A stretch of 47,488 nucleotides of DNA from Pseudoflavonifractor sp. (GTDB lineage Bacteria > Bacillota > Clostridia > Oscillospirales > Oscillospiraceae), in contig DATMXU010000211.1 in assembly GCA_035562355.1 (NCBI GenBank), positions 1 to 47,488 of the forward strand, given 5' to 3'. This document shows positions 1-11,029 of this stretch, in pieces. Each line of letters opens with the position of its first letter. Position 1 is the stretch's first letter. The notes beneath the pieces were generated by a model, which saw nothing but the letters and a program-made list of their open reading frames with translations, searched no databases and was not told the DNA's origin. Both the position numbers and the translations under genes were made by a program.

Positions 1-17
1 CGGCAAAAATATTTTGT

Positions 18-1052
18 TTACTCTTCGCTCAAGGCCGGTGGCTTTTTCGCGCTTTTCCGCTTGACCCGCCCCAGGGGATTAGCCTTGGCGGCAATGCGGA
101 GGTTTTCATTGTCCACATGGGTATAGATCTGGGTGGTGTTCAGGTGTTCGTGGCCTAAAACCTCCTGGAGGGTGCGGACGTCCACGCCGTTCTGGAGCAT
201 AAGCGTGGCGGCGGTGTGGCGGAGCTTGTGTGGGGAGTATTGGGCACTATCCAGTCCGGCCATAGTCAGGTATTTCTTCACCAGCTTTTCCACGGCGGCC
301 TTGCTGATGCGCTTACGGCGCTGGCTGATGAATAGGGCGTTTTTGTCGATGATGCCGACGGTGCCTCTGGCGGACAGGTAGTCGCTTAAAGCGGCACGGC
401 AGGCGTCGTTGAGGTAGAGGATGCGCTCCTTATTGCCCTTGCCCAGAACGCGGAGCTGGTCGTCCCGCAGGTCGGTGAGGTTGAGGCCGATCAGCTCGGA
501 GATCCGCAGGCCGCAGTTTAAAAACAGAGTCAAAATACAGTAGTCCCGCTCTTTGAATGGCCCGTCTACCGCGTCCAGCAGCTCCAGGCTGCCCTCCAAA
601 TCCAGATAGCGCGGCAGGCTTTTTTTGGTTCTGGGGGCGTCCAGATCCTGCATGGGGTTTTCTGGAAGGAGCTTTGCCTTGTTGGTGAGGTATTTATAAA
701 AGGAGCGGATGGCCGCCACCTTGCGGGCGCGGGAGGCGGCATTGAGCCCGTAGCCCGTGTGGTCGCTGTTGGGGCGCTGAGCACGGTCCCGGCTCAGATA
801 GCTCATATAGGAGTACACGTCGGTCAGAGTGACGGAGCGCACCAGCTCCAGGTCCACGTCGTCGATTGGAATCTCGTCCAGCGCGGCGGTACGGGGCGCT
901 TTGTTTTTTTCAATTTTAATATAGCGAAAGAAGTTGCGCAGGTCCAGAAAATATTCGTCGACCGTCTTGCGGGAATGGCCCTGAATTGCCTCGTGGTATG
1001 TCAGGAAATCACGCAGGATGGGTGGCGCCTCGGTGCGATAGTCCATAGGCAT
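18..1052 (-). CDS. XerC-like tyrosine recombinase (clostridial type)
   Basis: Catalytic motifs CGLRISE, GKGNKER, HKLRH, LGH, TTQIY; N-terminal SAM-like domain. Start could be 1046. Confidence 0.9.
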   Translation of the reverse strand: MPMDYRTEAPPILRDFLTYHEAIQGHSRKTVDEYFLDLRNFFRYIKIEKNKAPRTAALDEIPIDDVDLELVRSVTLTDVYSYMSYLSRDRAQRPNSDHTGYGLNAASRARKVAAIRSFYKYLTNKAKLLPENPMQDLDAPRTKKSLPRYLDLEGSLELLDAVDGPFKERDYCILTLFLNCGLRISELIGLNLTDLRDDQLRVLGKGNKERILYLNDACRAALSDYLSARGTVGIIDKNALFISQRRKRISKAAVEKLVKKYLTMAGLDSAQYSPHKLRHTAATLMLQNGVDVRTLQEVLGHEHLNTTQIYTHVDNENLRIAAKANPLGRVKRKSAKKPPALSEE

Positions 1053-1106
1053 TCCCGGCAGACCGGGAGGAGTGCAAACGGCCTAATATAGGTTTTACCC
1101 TCCCCT

Positions 1107-1138
1107 AGAGTAAACAAAATTTTTATTTTGTTTACTCT
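1107..1138. repeat. Perfect inverted repeat AGAGTAAACAAAAT-tttt-ATTTTGTTTACTCT, putative recombinase binding site
   Basis: 14-bp arms seen directly; TATTTTGTTTACTCTT (1124-1139) recurs exactly at 10-25. Function is inference. Confidence 0.7.
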
Positions 1139-1262
1139 TATATCTGCCCCGGTTCACTCCTCTCCTGTTCAGTATGAAAGTTCCATTGATAAAATCAGAG
1201 GTTTTGCAGCACACTATTTTCTGTGTTGTCCCCCTGCTATTTTTTGATTTGAGGTGTTGGCT

Positions 1263-1439
1263 GTGAGCTTGATTGCCTGTACCAGCGACTGCGTCTATCA
1301 GCAGGACGGCTACTGCAGCTTGGAGCGCGCCGTCTCCTGCGGCTTACCCAGCGACGACGAGACCTGCGTCAACTTCGTGCCCAGGTATCGCTCGGGCGGT
1401 ACTCCGCCCGCTACAGAATCGCCGCGAGAGCTTCTCTGA
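1263..1439 (+). CDS. Small Cys-rich protein (C-x3-C-x7-C...C), function unknown
   Basis: GAGGTG SD at 1251-1256 then GTG at 1263; Cys pattern resembles small clostridial DUF1540-like proteins; 3' end overlaps radA. Confidence 0.6.
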   Translation: MSLIACTSDCVYQQDGYCSLERAVSCGLPSDDETCVNFVPRYRSGGTPPATESPRELL

Positions 1440-2778
1440 TGTTTTTTACCCGGATGAGCTGCAAGCCCTCCGGCTCGGTCAGCTTGCCGCTGTTGCGCGC
1501 CGGGATCAGGCATTTGGTAAAGCCGATGCGCCTTACCTCAGAGAGGCGCTGTCCAAGGCCGTTGACGGCCCTCAGCTCGCCCGTCAGGCCCACCTCGCCG
1601 ATGGCCACCAGGTCGCTGGGTACAGGCTTGTCCCTGAAACTGGAAGCCAGGGCCATAACCATGGCCAGGTCGGCGGCGGGCTCGTCCAGATTCAATCCGC
1701 CGATGACGTTGATGTAGGCGTCGCAGGAGCCCACCAGGAGCCCTCCCCTCTTCTCCAGCACCGCCAGGAGGAGCATGGCGCGATTGAAGTCAAAGCCGTT
1801 GCTGGCCCGGCGGGGCATGTTAAAGCTGGTGGGGGTGAGAAGTGCCTGCACCTCGGCCAGGACGGGCCGTACCCCCTCCATCACGCAGGTGACGCAGGTG
1901 CCAGGCGTATCCTCCGGGCGGCCGGAGAGGAGCATTTCCGAGGGGTTTGGCACCTCGGACAGGCCGCTGTCCACCATCTCAAACACGCCGATCTCATTGG
2001 TGGCGCCAAAACGGTTTTTAGCGGCCCGCAGGATGCGGTAGGCCATCTGCTGCTCGCCCTCGAAGTAGAGCACGCAGTCCACCATGTGCTCAAGCACCTT
2101 GGGCCCGGCGATGGAACCCTCCTTGTTTACATGGCCGATGACGAAAACGGTGATACCCTGCCCCTTGGCGAGCTGCATGAGGGCCATGGTGCAGTCCTTC
2201 ACCTGGCCCACGCTGCCCGGCGCGGTGGTCAGGTCGCCGTTATAGAGGGTCTGGATGGAGTCGACGATGAGCACGTCGGGTTGGAGCTGGTTCACCGACT
2301 CCAGCACGTTCTCCAGATTGGTCTCGGAGAGGAGGTACAGCCCCTCCCCTCTCACCCGGAGCCGCTCGGCCCGCAGCTTGATCTGCCGCTCCGACTCCTC
2401 GCCCGATACATATAAGACCTTGGCAAAGCGGCACAAATTATCGCAGATCTGCAGCATCAGCGTAGATTTGCCGATGCCGGGCGCGCCGCCCACCAGCACC
2501 AGAGAGCCCTTTACCGCACCGCCGCCCAGCACCCGGTCCAGTTCGCTCATGCCGGTTTCAAACCTCAGCTCGTGGGTGGTCTCCACATCGGCGATGGGCT
2601 TGGGGCGGCTGACGCCCAGAGGAGCCTGCCTGCCGGCGGACGGAGACGCAGCCTTCCTTTTGGTCTCCACGGGCTGCTCCACCAGGGTATTCCACGCCCG
2701 GCAGGCGGGGCACTGCCCCGCCCACTTGGGCGTCTCATTGCCGCACTGGGTGCAGTAGAACAGGGTTTTAGCCTTCAT
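1411..2778 (-). CDS. radA: DNA repair protein RadA/Sms
   Basis: C4 zinc finger CTQCG...CPAC, Walker A GAPGIGKS, KNRFG motif; start set at MKAKTLFYC. Confidence 0.97.
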   Translation of the reverse strand: MKAKTLFYCTQCGNETPKWAGQCPACRAWNTLVEQPVETKRKAASPSAGRQAPLGVSRPKPIADVETTHELRFETGMSELDRVLGGGAVKGSLVLVGGAPGIGKSTLMLQICDNLCRFAKVLYVSGEESERQIKLRAERLRVRGEGLYLLSETNLENVLESVNQLQPDVLIVDSIQTLYNGDLTTAPGSVGQVKDCTMALMQLAKGQGITVFVIGHVNKEGSIAGPKVLEHMVDCVLYFEGEQQMAYRILRAAKNRFGATNEIGVFEMVDSGLSEVPNPSEMLLSGRPEDTPGTCVTCVMEGVRPVLAEVQALLTPTSFNMPRRASNGFDFNRAMLLLAVLEKRGGLLVGSCDAYINVIGGLNLDEPAADLAMVMALASSFRDKPVPSDLVAIGEVGLTGELRAVNGLGQRLSEVRRIGFTKCLIPARNSGKLTEPEGLQLIRVKNIREALAAIL

Positions 2779-3520
2779 TTGGCAGTTCTCCTTCGGTAGA
2801 GGGCGGCTCTGTGCCCTGGAATTGCAGAAAGGACCCGGCCAGGGCCACCGCGATCTTCTCCTGATACACAGGGGTCTGGAGCTTTCGGGCCTCCTCCGGA
2901 TTGGAGAGAAACCCGCACTCCACCAAAATGGCACGGCAGGTGATATGGTTCATCAGATATACGTTGTCTGGTATCTGGGCGGGTGTACGGATATTGGCGG
3001 GGTCCAGGGTCTCTTTCAATAGGTTTTGGGTCAGAGTGGCGAAGGGCAGGCTCAGCGCCTCGTTGGTGTAAAAAACCTGCGCTCCATGGTACCTGGTGCT
3101 TGAAAACTTGTTCTGGTGGATGCTGATGAGGGTTGCATTCTCGGTCGCCTCAACGATTGCCACCCGGTTATGGAGGTCGGAGACCTTCTTTTCGCGCAGA
3201 GTCTTGGCGGTGCTGTCGTGGAGCGAGATATCGGTGGTGCGCAGGACCTTGGTCTGCACGCCGTAGAACCCCAGGAGAGAGTCCAGCCTCAGGGCGATGG
3301 CGAGGTTGATGCCGCTCTCCGGCACGCCGGAGGACGTGACCGCTCCCCCGTCCTCTCCGCCGTGGCCCGCGTCGATGACCACAGTCTCCCCTGCCGCCCG
3401 GGCGGCCGAAAAGGCGGACGTGGCCTGCCTTTGCTCCACAAAGGCCTGAAGCCCGCCGCCGAGGACCAGGGCGCCGACTATGGTCCAAAATAATATTTTT
3501 CCACGCATCTCTTTTTTCAA
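2768..3520 (-). CDS. cwlD: N-acetylmuramoyl-L-alanine amidase (Amidase_3, CwlD-like)
   Basis: IDAGHGGEDGG, SIHQN, ECGFLSN motifs; N-terminal TM segment; TTG start after GGGGGGTG (ATG 3508 alternative). Confidence 0.85.
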   Translation of the reverse strand: MKKEMRGKILFWTIVGALVLGGGLQAFVEQRQATSAFSAARAAGETVVIDAGHGGEDGGAVTSSGVPESGINLAIALRLDSLLGFYGVQTKVLRTTDISLHDSTAKTLREKKVSDLHNRVAIVEATENATLISIHQNKFSSTRYHGAQVFYTNEALSLPFATLTQNLLKETLDPANIRTPAQIPDNVYLMNHITCRAILVECGFLSNPEEARKLQTPVYQEKIAVALAGSFLQFQGTEPPSTEGELPNEG

Positions 3521-3540
3521 GCGAGACACCCCCCTTCCGC

Positions 3541-3569
3541 AAGGTATGAGGGGCTTTGTTCTCTTATGT
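3541..3569 (-). promoter_or_regulatory. Putative sigma-E promoter of cwlD
   Basis: ACATAAG-N14-CATACCTT resembles the sigma-E consensus in sequence and spacing. Confidence 0.55.
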
Positions 3570-3705
3570 GCCGATATTGTAATTATATCATATTGCCGCG
3601 CCAAAGCAAAGCGGTTTCCTCTTAACTTCGACAGCATAGAATGGGCTGGAGAGGCTGTCTCCTCTCCCTTCCCATGTCAATGCCATTCCAAAGGAGGAAA
3701 ATGCT

Positions 3706-4566
3706 TTGAATCTTGATACCGGCAAGAAAGAAAATATTCTGGGCTTCGAGACCGGCAGAAAAGATAACGTTCTGGGCGTTGAAACCGGCAGAAAAGACAA
3801 CGTTCTGGGCGTCGAAACCGGCAGAAAAGACAACGTTCTGGGCGTTGAAACCGGCAGAAAAGATAACGTTCTGGGCGTTGAGACCGGCAGAAAAGACAAC
3901 GTTTTGGGCGTTGAGACCGGCAGAAAAGATAATGTCCTGGGCGTTGAGACCGGCAGAAAAGACAACGTTCTGGGTGTTGAGACCGGCAGAAAAGATAATG
4001 TCCTGGGCGTTGAGACCGGCAGAAAAGACAACGTTCTGGGTGTTGAAACCGGCAGAAAAGATAACGTTTTGGGCGTTGAGACTGGCAAAAAAGATAACGT
4101 TCTGGGTATTGGGACCAGCAGGCCGGAAATGCCTGTCTGCAGCGATGCCAACGGCACTCTGCCGGAGTGCGCGCCCCTAGCCGTCCCATACGTCCCCTTT
4201 CAGCAGACCGGCTCGAAACGCTATTCCCAGCAGGATGCGCTGAACAACGGCACCCTCTTCCCCGGACTGAACCTCCCCTTCCACGTCAAGGCCAACGCCA
4301 GGGATGTGGTCTCCGGCCATCTGGCCGAGCTCCAGGCCCTGGAATTTGTTCTGGTGGAGCTGGCCCTCTATTTGGACACGCACCAGAGCGACAGTGAAGC
4401 CTTTGAACTTTACAGAAAATATGCCGCAATGGAGATGGAGGCCCGTGAGCGCTACGAGGCCATGTATGGCCCGCTGATGCACCGGGGCGTCATCAACGAA
4501 AAAAGCTGGGCCTCTTGGCTCAAGGACCCCTGGCCCTGGAATTACAACGGCCGAAAGGAGGGCTAG
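3706..4566 (+). CDS. cotJB: Spore coat CotJA-CotJB fusion protein with N-terminal 11-aa tandem repeats
   Basis: LAVPYVPFQ...GTLFPGL (CotJA-like), LALYLDTH...YGPL...PWPW (CotJB); AAGGAGG SD 8 nt before TTG; directly upstream of cotJC. Confidence 0.88.
   Translation: MNLDTGKKENILGFETGRKDNVLGVETGRKDNVLGVETGRKDNVLGVETGRKDNVLGVETGRKDNVLGVETGRKDNVLGVETGRKDNVLGVETGRKDNVLGVETGRKDNVLGVETGRKDNVLGVETGKKDNVLGIGTSRPEMPVCSDANGTLPECAPLAVPYVPFQQTGSKRYSQQDALNNGTLFPGLNLPFHVKANARDVVSGHLAELQALEFVLVELALYLDTHQSDSEAFELYRKYAAMEMEARERYEAMYGPLMHRGVINEKSWASWLKDPWPWNYNGRKEG
3715..4110 (+). repeat. 12 x 33-bp coding tandem repeat (ETGRKDNVLGV)
   Basis: Contiguous units; ten core units differ only synonymously; first and last units degenerate. 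Confidence 0.97.
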
Positions 4567-4572
4567 GGCAGT

Positions 4573-5169
4573 ATGTTTATCTATGAGAAAAAGCTTCAGT
4601 ACCCTGTAAAGATCGCCACTCCCAACCCCAGGCTGGCCGCAGTTATCATCAGTCAATACGGCGGACCTGATGGAGAATTGGGGGCCTCCCTGCGCTATCT
4701 CTCCCAGCGCTACTCCATGCCCTACCCGGAGCTCAAGGGTCTCCTCACCGACATCGGCACCGAGGAGCTGGGCCACCTGGAAATGATCGGAGCGATCGTC
4801 CACCAGCTCACCCGCAACCTGAGCGACAACGACGTGCGTATCCCCGAGTTCGCGCCCTATTTCGTAGACCATACCACCGGCGTCTACCCCACCGCCGCCT
4901 CCGGGTTCCCCAATACGGCGGCCTCCATCGCCGTCAAAGGCGATGTCATCTGCGACCTCACCGAGGACATGGCCGCCGAACAGAAGGCCAGAGTTACCTA
5001 CGACAATATCCTCCGCCTCTCTGACGACCCCGACGTGAACGACGCCATCCGTTTCCTACGTGAGCGCGAGATCGTCCACTTCCAGCGTTTTGGCGAGGCC
5101 GTGCGCCTGGCCAAGGAGAAGATGGACCAGAAGAATATCTACTTTATGAACCCTGCCTTTGATTCTTGA
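4573..5169 (+). CDS. cotJC: Manganese catalase family spore coat protein CotJC
   Basis: YEKKLQYPV, QYGGPDGE, TEELGHLE, REIVHFQRF motifs. Confidence 0.95.
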   Translation: MFIYEKKLQYPVKIATPNPRLAAVIISQYGGPDGELGASLRYLSQRYSMPYPELKGLLTDIGTEELGHLEMIGAIVHQLTRNLSDNDVRIPEFAPYFVDHTTGVYPTAASGFPNTAASIAVKGDVICDLTEDMAAEQKARVTYDNILRLSDDPDVNDAIRFLREREIVHFQRFGEAVRLAKEKMDQKNIYFMNPAFDS

Positions 5170-5358
5170 GCGGAGAGGGCTTGTTGCCTGCAGTTATATA
5201 GGCGGCAAGCCCATCTTTACCACGAAAAGCAGGCATTATTATATGGGATTTTCTCAGCTTTACTTAATATCAATGTTGACCGCAACGACACAGGAGAGGG
5301 CGCGTTCAATGGCGATAAGAAAAGATCATTGCCACCAACGGCGAGGATCTGAGCCTGT

Positions 5359-5405
5359 AAAGGAAGGGGGACTCTGCAAAAAGTTGCAGCAGTCCCCCCT
5401 CCCTT

Positions 5406-5406
<1 letters not shown>
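5359..5406. terminator. Hairpin at ligA 3' end, probable terminator
   Basis: Imperfect inverted repeat GGGGGACT-CTGC...GCAG-CAGTCCCCC between convergent genes. Confidence 0.55.
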
Positions 5407-8004
<2,598 letters not shown>

Positions 8005-8018
8005 GCGTTTCTCTCTTT

Positions 8019-8699
8019 CTACTTGGTCTGCTCTCCAAACTGTAAATAGGCGTCGGGCACCTTGCCCACGATGACGGTCTCGGCCAGATTGACCTGGGTG
8101 TAGACCGTCGTCTCCACCTTGCCGCCCGGGATGAGGAGCTTTACGTCTACCGTCACGTCCAGCATGATCCGGTGGTAGGTCTGGTTGATGCCTGCGGAAG
8201 TGAATTCGTTGCGCAGATTCCCCCCCGCCGAGGCCACCGACAGCACCCGCACCGGCAGGCGCGGCCCGCTGTCCGACAGGGTGGCGAGACCCAGCACATG
8301 GCCCAGCGGGATACCCAGCTCTTTACTGTCAAGTATATCCACTTGCGCCACCACATCATTCAGGATTTCCGCCCGCAGCCGGTTCATCTCCACCGAGTTG
8401 CTGGTAAGTGCGGTGATCTGCCCGGAGGCGTCCTTCTGCAGGGTGATCATATCGTCGTAGGAAACCGCCTCGGCGGCCAGAATGCGCTCCACCGCCTCGT
8501 TCACGACGCGGGTGACGGCATTGCGGGCGCTGGTCTCGGCCAGTTCCACAACCACCGGGCGCACCCTGCCGTCAAAGAGATAGATGGCCAGAACGGCCAG
8601 TCCGATTCCAAGCACGGCCGGGATCAGGAAGTCCCCTCCCCAGCCGCCTGTCCTCCCTCTCGCCCGGATACGGGGCCAAATTCGCCGCCACTTCTGCAT
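8019..8699 (-). CDS. yunB: Sporulation protein YunB
   Basis: IPLG, FTSAGINQTYHRI, ETVIVGKVP motifs. Confidence 0.92.
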   Translation of the reverse strand: MQKWRRIWPRIRARGRTGGWGGDFLIPAVLGIGLAVLAIYLFDGRVRPVVVELAETSARNAVTRVVNEAVERILAAEAVSYDDMITLQKDASGQITALTSNSVEMNRLRAEILNDVVAQVDILDSKELGIPLGHVLGLATLSDSGPRLPVRVLSVASAGGNLRNEFTSAGINQTYHRIMLDVTVDVKLLIPGGKVETTVYTQVNLAETVIVGKVPDAYLQFGEQTK

Positions 8700-8752
8700 A
8701 TAAGGTCACCCCCCCTATGCAGATACTATGCGCGATGGCCCTTGTCTCAAAA

Positions 8753-10018
8753 CTACTCGCCCCGCAAAAGCTCCTCCACCGCCAGCATGACCCCCAGTTT
8801 GCCCGACTCATAGGTCAGGCCTCCCTGGAGATAGGCGGTATAGGGCTCCCGCATGGGGGCGTCACAGGAGAGCTCGATGGACGCCCCCTGGATGAAGGCC
8901 CCGGCCGCCATGATGACCTGGCAGTCGTACCCCGGCATATCCCAGGGCTCCGGGGTCACGTAGGAGTCTACCGGCGCACCGAACTGAATGCCCCTGCAAA
9001 AGCGCTTGAGGGGCTCCGGGCTTCCAAAGTGGAGCATCTGGATGATGTCATGGCGCACCGCAGTCGAGGCGGGCTCCACGGCGTACCCCAGCAGCTCCAT
9101 CATCCGGGCAGCAAAGACTGCCGTTTTGACGGCCTGGGCGGTGGTGTGGGGGGCGAGAAAAAGCCCTTGATAGAGGCTGCGGTTGCTGCCCAAGGTGCAG
9201 CCGCACTCCTTGCCGATGCCCGGCGCGGTGAGGCGCATGGCGGCCCCCTCCACCAGATCCCGCCGCCCGGCGATATAACCGCCGGTGGGGGCAAGTCCCC
9301 CGCCGGGGTTCTTGATGAGGGAGCCGACCACCAGATCGGCCCCCACCTGAGTAGGCTCTTTGGTCTCCACGAACTCGCCGTAGCAGTTGTCCACCAAAAT
9401 ACTGACGCCGGGATTCGCGGCCCGGATGGCGGCGCAGATGGAGCCGATCTCCTCCACGCCCAGAGAGGCGCGGGTCGAGTACCCCTTGGAGCGCTGGATG
9501 AGCACCGCCTTGACGCGCGGCTCCCGCACGGAGGCCACGATTGCCGCGAGGTCGGGCTTGTCGTCGGCGGTCACATCCACCTGGCGGTAGCCCACGCCGT
9601 ACTCCCTGAGGGAGCCGGGCCCCTTATCCACCACGCCGATGACCCCCAAGAGGGTATCGTAGGGCGCGCCGATGGCCGAGACCAGCACGTCCCCGGGCCG
9701 GAGCACGCCAAAGAGAGCTGCTGTGATGGCGTGAGTACCGTTGACGAATTGGACGCGCACCAGCGCGTCCTCGGTGCCGAAGAGATCGGCGTAGATCTCA
9801 TCCAGCTTGTCCCGGCCCTGGTCGTCGTAGCCGTAGCCGGTGGTACCAGCAAAGTACCCCTCGGCCACCCGGTGCTTTTGAAAGGCAGCCAGGACCTTGC
9901 GGGTGTTTTCCTCGGCAACGGCGTCGATACGCGCAAACTGCTCCCGCAGGTCGGCCTGCGCCTGAGCTGCCAGAGCGGATACGCGCTCGCTTATCTGTAA
10001 AGGCATAATACTTTTCAA
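8753..10018 (-). CDS. PLP-dependent methionine gamma-lyase/YnbB (aluminium resistance) family protein
   Basis: TTGYGYDD, DNCYGEF, GSLIKNPGGG, ELSCDAP motifs. Confidence 0.92.
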   Translation of the reverse strand: MKSIMPLQISERVSALAAQAQADLREQFARIDAVAEENTRKVLAAFQKHRVAEGYFAGTTGYGYDDQGRDKLDEIYADLFGTEDALVRVQFVNGTHAITAALFGVLRPGDVLVSAIGAPYDTLLGVIGVVDKGPGSLREYGVGYRQVDVTADDKPDLAAIVASVREPRVKAVLIQRSKGYSTRASLGVEEIGSICAAIRAANPGVSILVDNCYGEFVETKEPTQVGADLVVGSLIKNPGGGLAPTGGYIAGRRDLVEGAAMRLTAPGIGKECGCTLGSNRSLYQGLFLAPHTTAQAVKTAVFAARMMELLGYAVEPASTAVRHDIIQMLHFGSPEPLKRFCRGIQFGAPVDSYVTPEPWDMPGYDCQVIMAAGAFIQGASIELSCDAPMREPYTAYLQGGLTYESGKLGVMLAVEELLRGE

Positions 10019-10036
10019 TCCTTGCTTTTGATGTGT

Positions 10037-11029
10037 TTACAGCTTGGCCTGGGCAAAGGCGGCCACCAGGGCGGCGCAGGCCTCCACGTCCCGGCGGTCT
10101 ACCATCTCCACAGGAGAGTGGACATAGCGGCAAGGGATGGAGATGCCGCCGGTGTGTACCCCGAGGCCGTTGATATGGATGGCCCCCGCGTCGGTGCCCC
10201 CGGCGAGGAGGACATCGTGCTGATGGGGGATGCCCTGCTCCTCGGCAAGCGACGCCAGACGGGCCACCATCTCGGGGTGGCAGATGACCGAGGCATCCAT
10301 GACCTTGATGGCCGCTCCGCCCCCCGCGACGCTGCTGCCGGAGTGTTTCGCGTTGAGCTCGTCGTCAGAGCAGGTCACGTCCACGGCGACGCCATAGTCC
10401 GGATCGATGCCGAAGGCCGCGGTTTTTGCCCCGCGCAGCCCCAGTTCCTCCTGGACGGTGAAGACGAAGTAGAGGTCGTTCCCGCTCTCCCTGAGCTGTT
10501 CCAGCGCCAGCAGGAGAGTCACACAGGAGATGCGGTTGTCCATATAGGGGGAGACCAGCTTGTCCCCGGCGGCAAAGGCGCGGGCGTCGTACACGGCGGA
10601 GTCGCCCACGTGCACTACACGCCTGGCCTCCTCCGCGTCCTTGGCGCCGATGTCGATATACAGGTCTTCCAGGGTCATGTTCTTGGCCTCGACCTTATTG
10701 TCCAGGCAGACCACGCCTTTGGTCCCGTTCTTAAAGCGCACGGGGGTGCTCAGGATGTCGTGGGCGTGGAGGCCGCCCAGCTTGCCGAACCGGAGAAAGC
10801 CCTTCTCGTCGATATGGGTGATGATGAACCCGATGGAGTCCATATGGGCGGCGAACATAACCTTGGGGCCATTGCCCTTTTTGCGTACGATCAGGTTGCC
10901 CATGGTGTCGATGCGGCATTCGTCGGCATAGGGCTCGGCCAGCTTATGGATGGCGGCCGCCACTTGGGACTCGTCCCCCGAGGGGCCGTGGCAGGCGTTG
11001 AGCGCCTGGAGGGTACTTAAAATATCCAT
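10037..11029 (-). CDS. M42 family (TET-like) metallopeptidase
   Basis: HMD, DNR, QEE, AVD, YVH ligands. Confidence 0.92.
   Translation of the reverse strand: MDILSTLQALNACHGPSGDESQVAAAIHKLAEPYADECRIDTMGNLIVRKKGNGPKVMFAAHMDSIGFIITHIDEKGFLRFGKLGGLHAHDILSTPVRFKNGTKGVVCLDNKVEAKNMTLEDLYIDIGAKDAEEARRVVHVGDSAVYDARAFAAGDKLVSPYMDNRISCVTLLLALEQLRESGNDLYFVFTVQEELGLRGAKTAAFGIDPDYGVAVDVTCSDDELNAKHSGSSVAGGGAAIKVMDASVICHPEMVARLASLAEEQGIPHQHDVLLAGGTDAGAIHINGLGVHTGGISIPCRYVHSPVEMVDRRDVEACAALVAAFAQAKL

Noticed and set aside
3715-4110. Possible CRISPR array
   Set aside because: No unique spacers; units are contiguous, in frame and vary synonymously; no cas genes.
4096-4122. VLGIGTS resembling an encapsulin cargo-loading peptide
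   Set aside because: Short partial match and no encapsulin gene in the window.
3588-4189. Alternative-frame and antisense repeat ORFs
   Set aside because: Repeat variation changes amino acids in those frames; only the 3706 frame has an SD and joins the CotJ domains.
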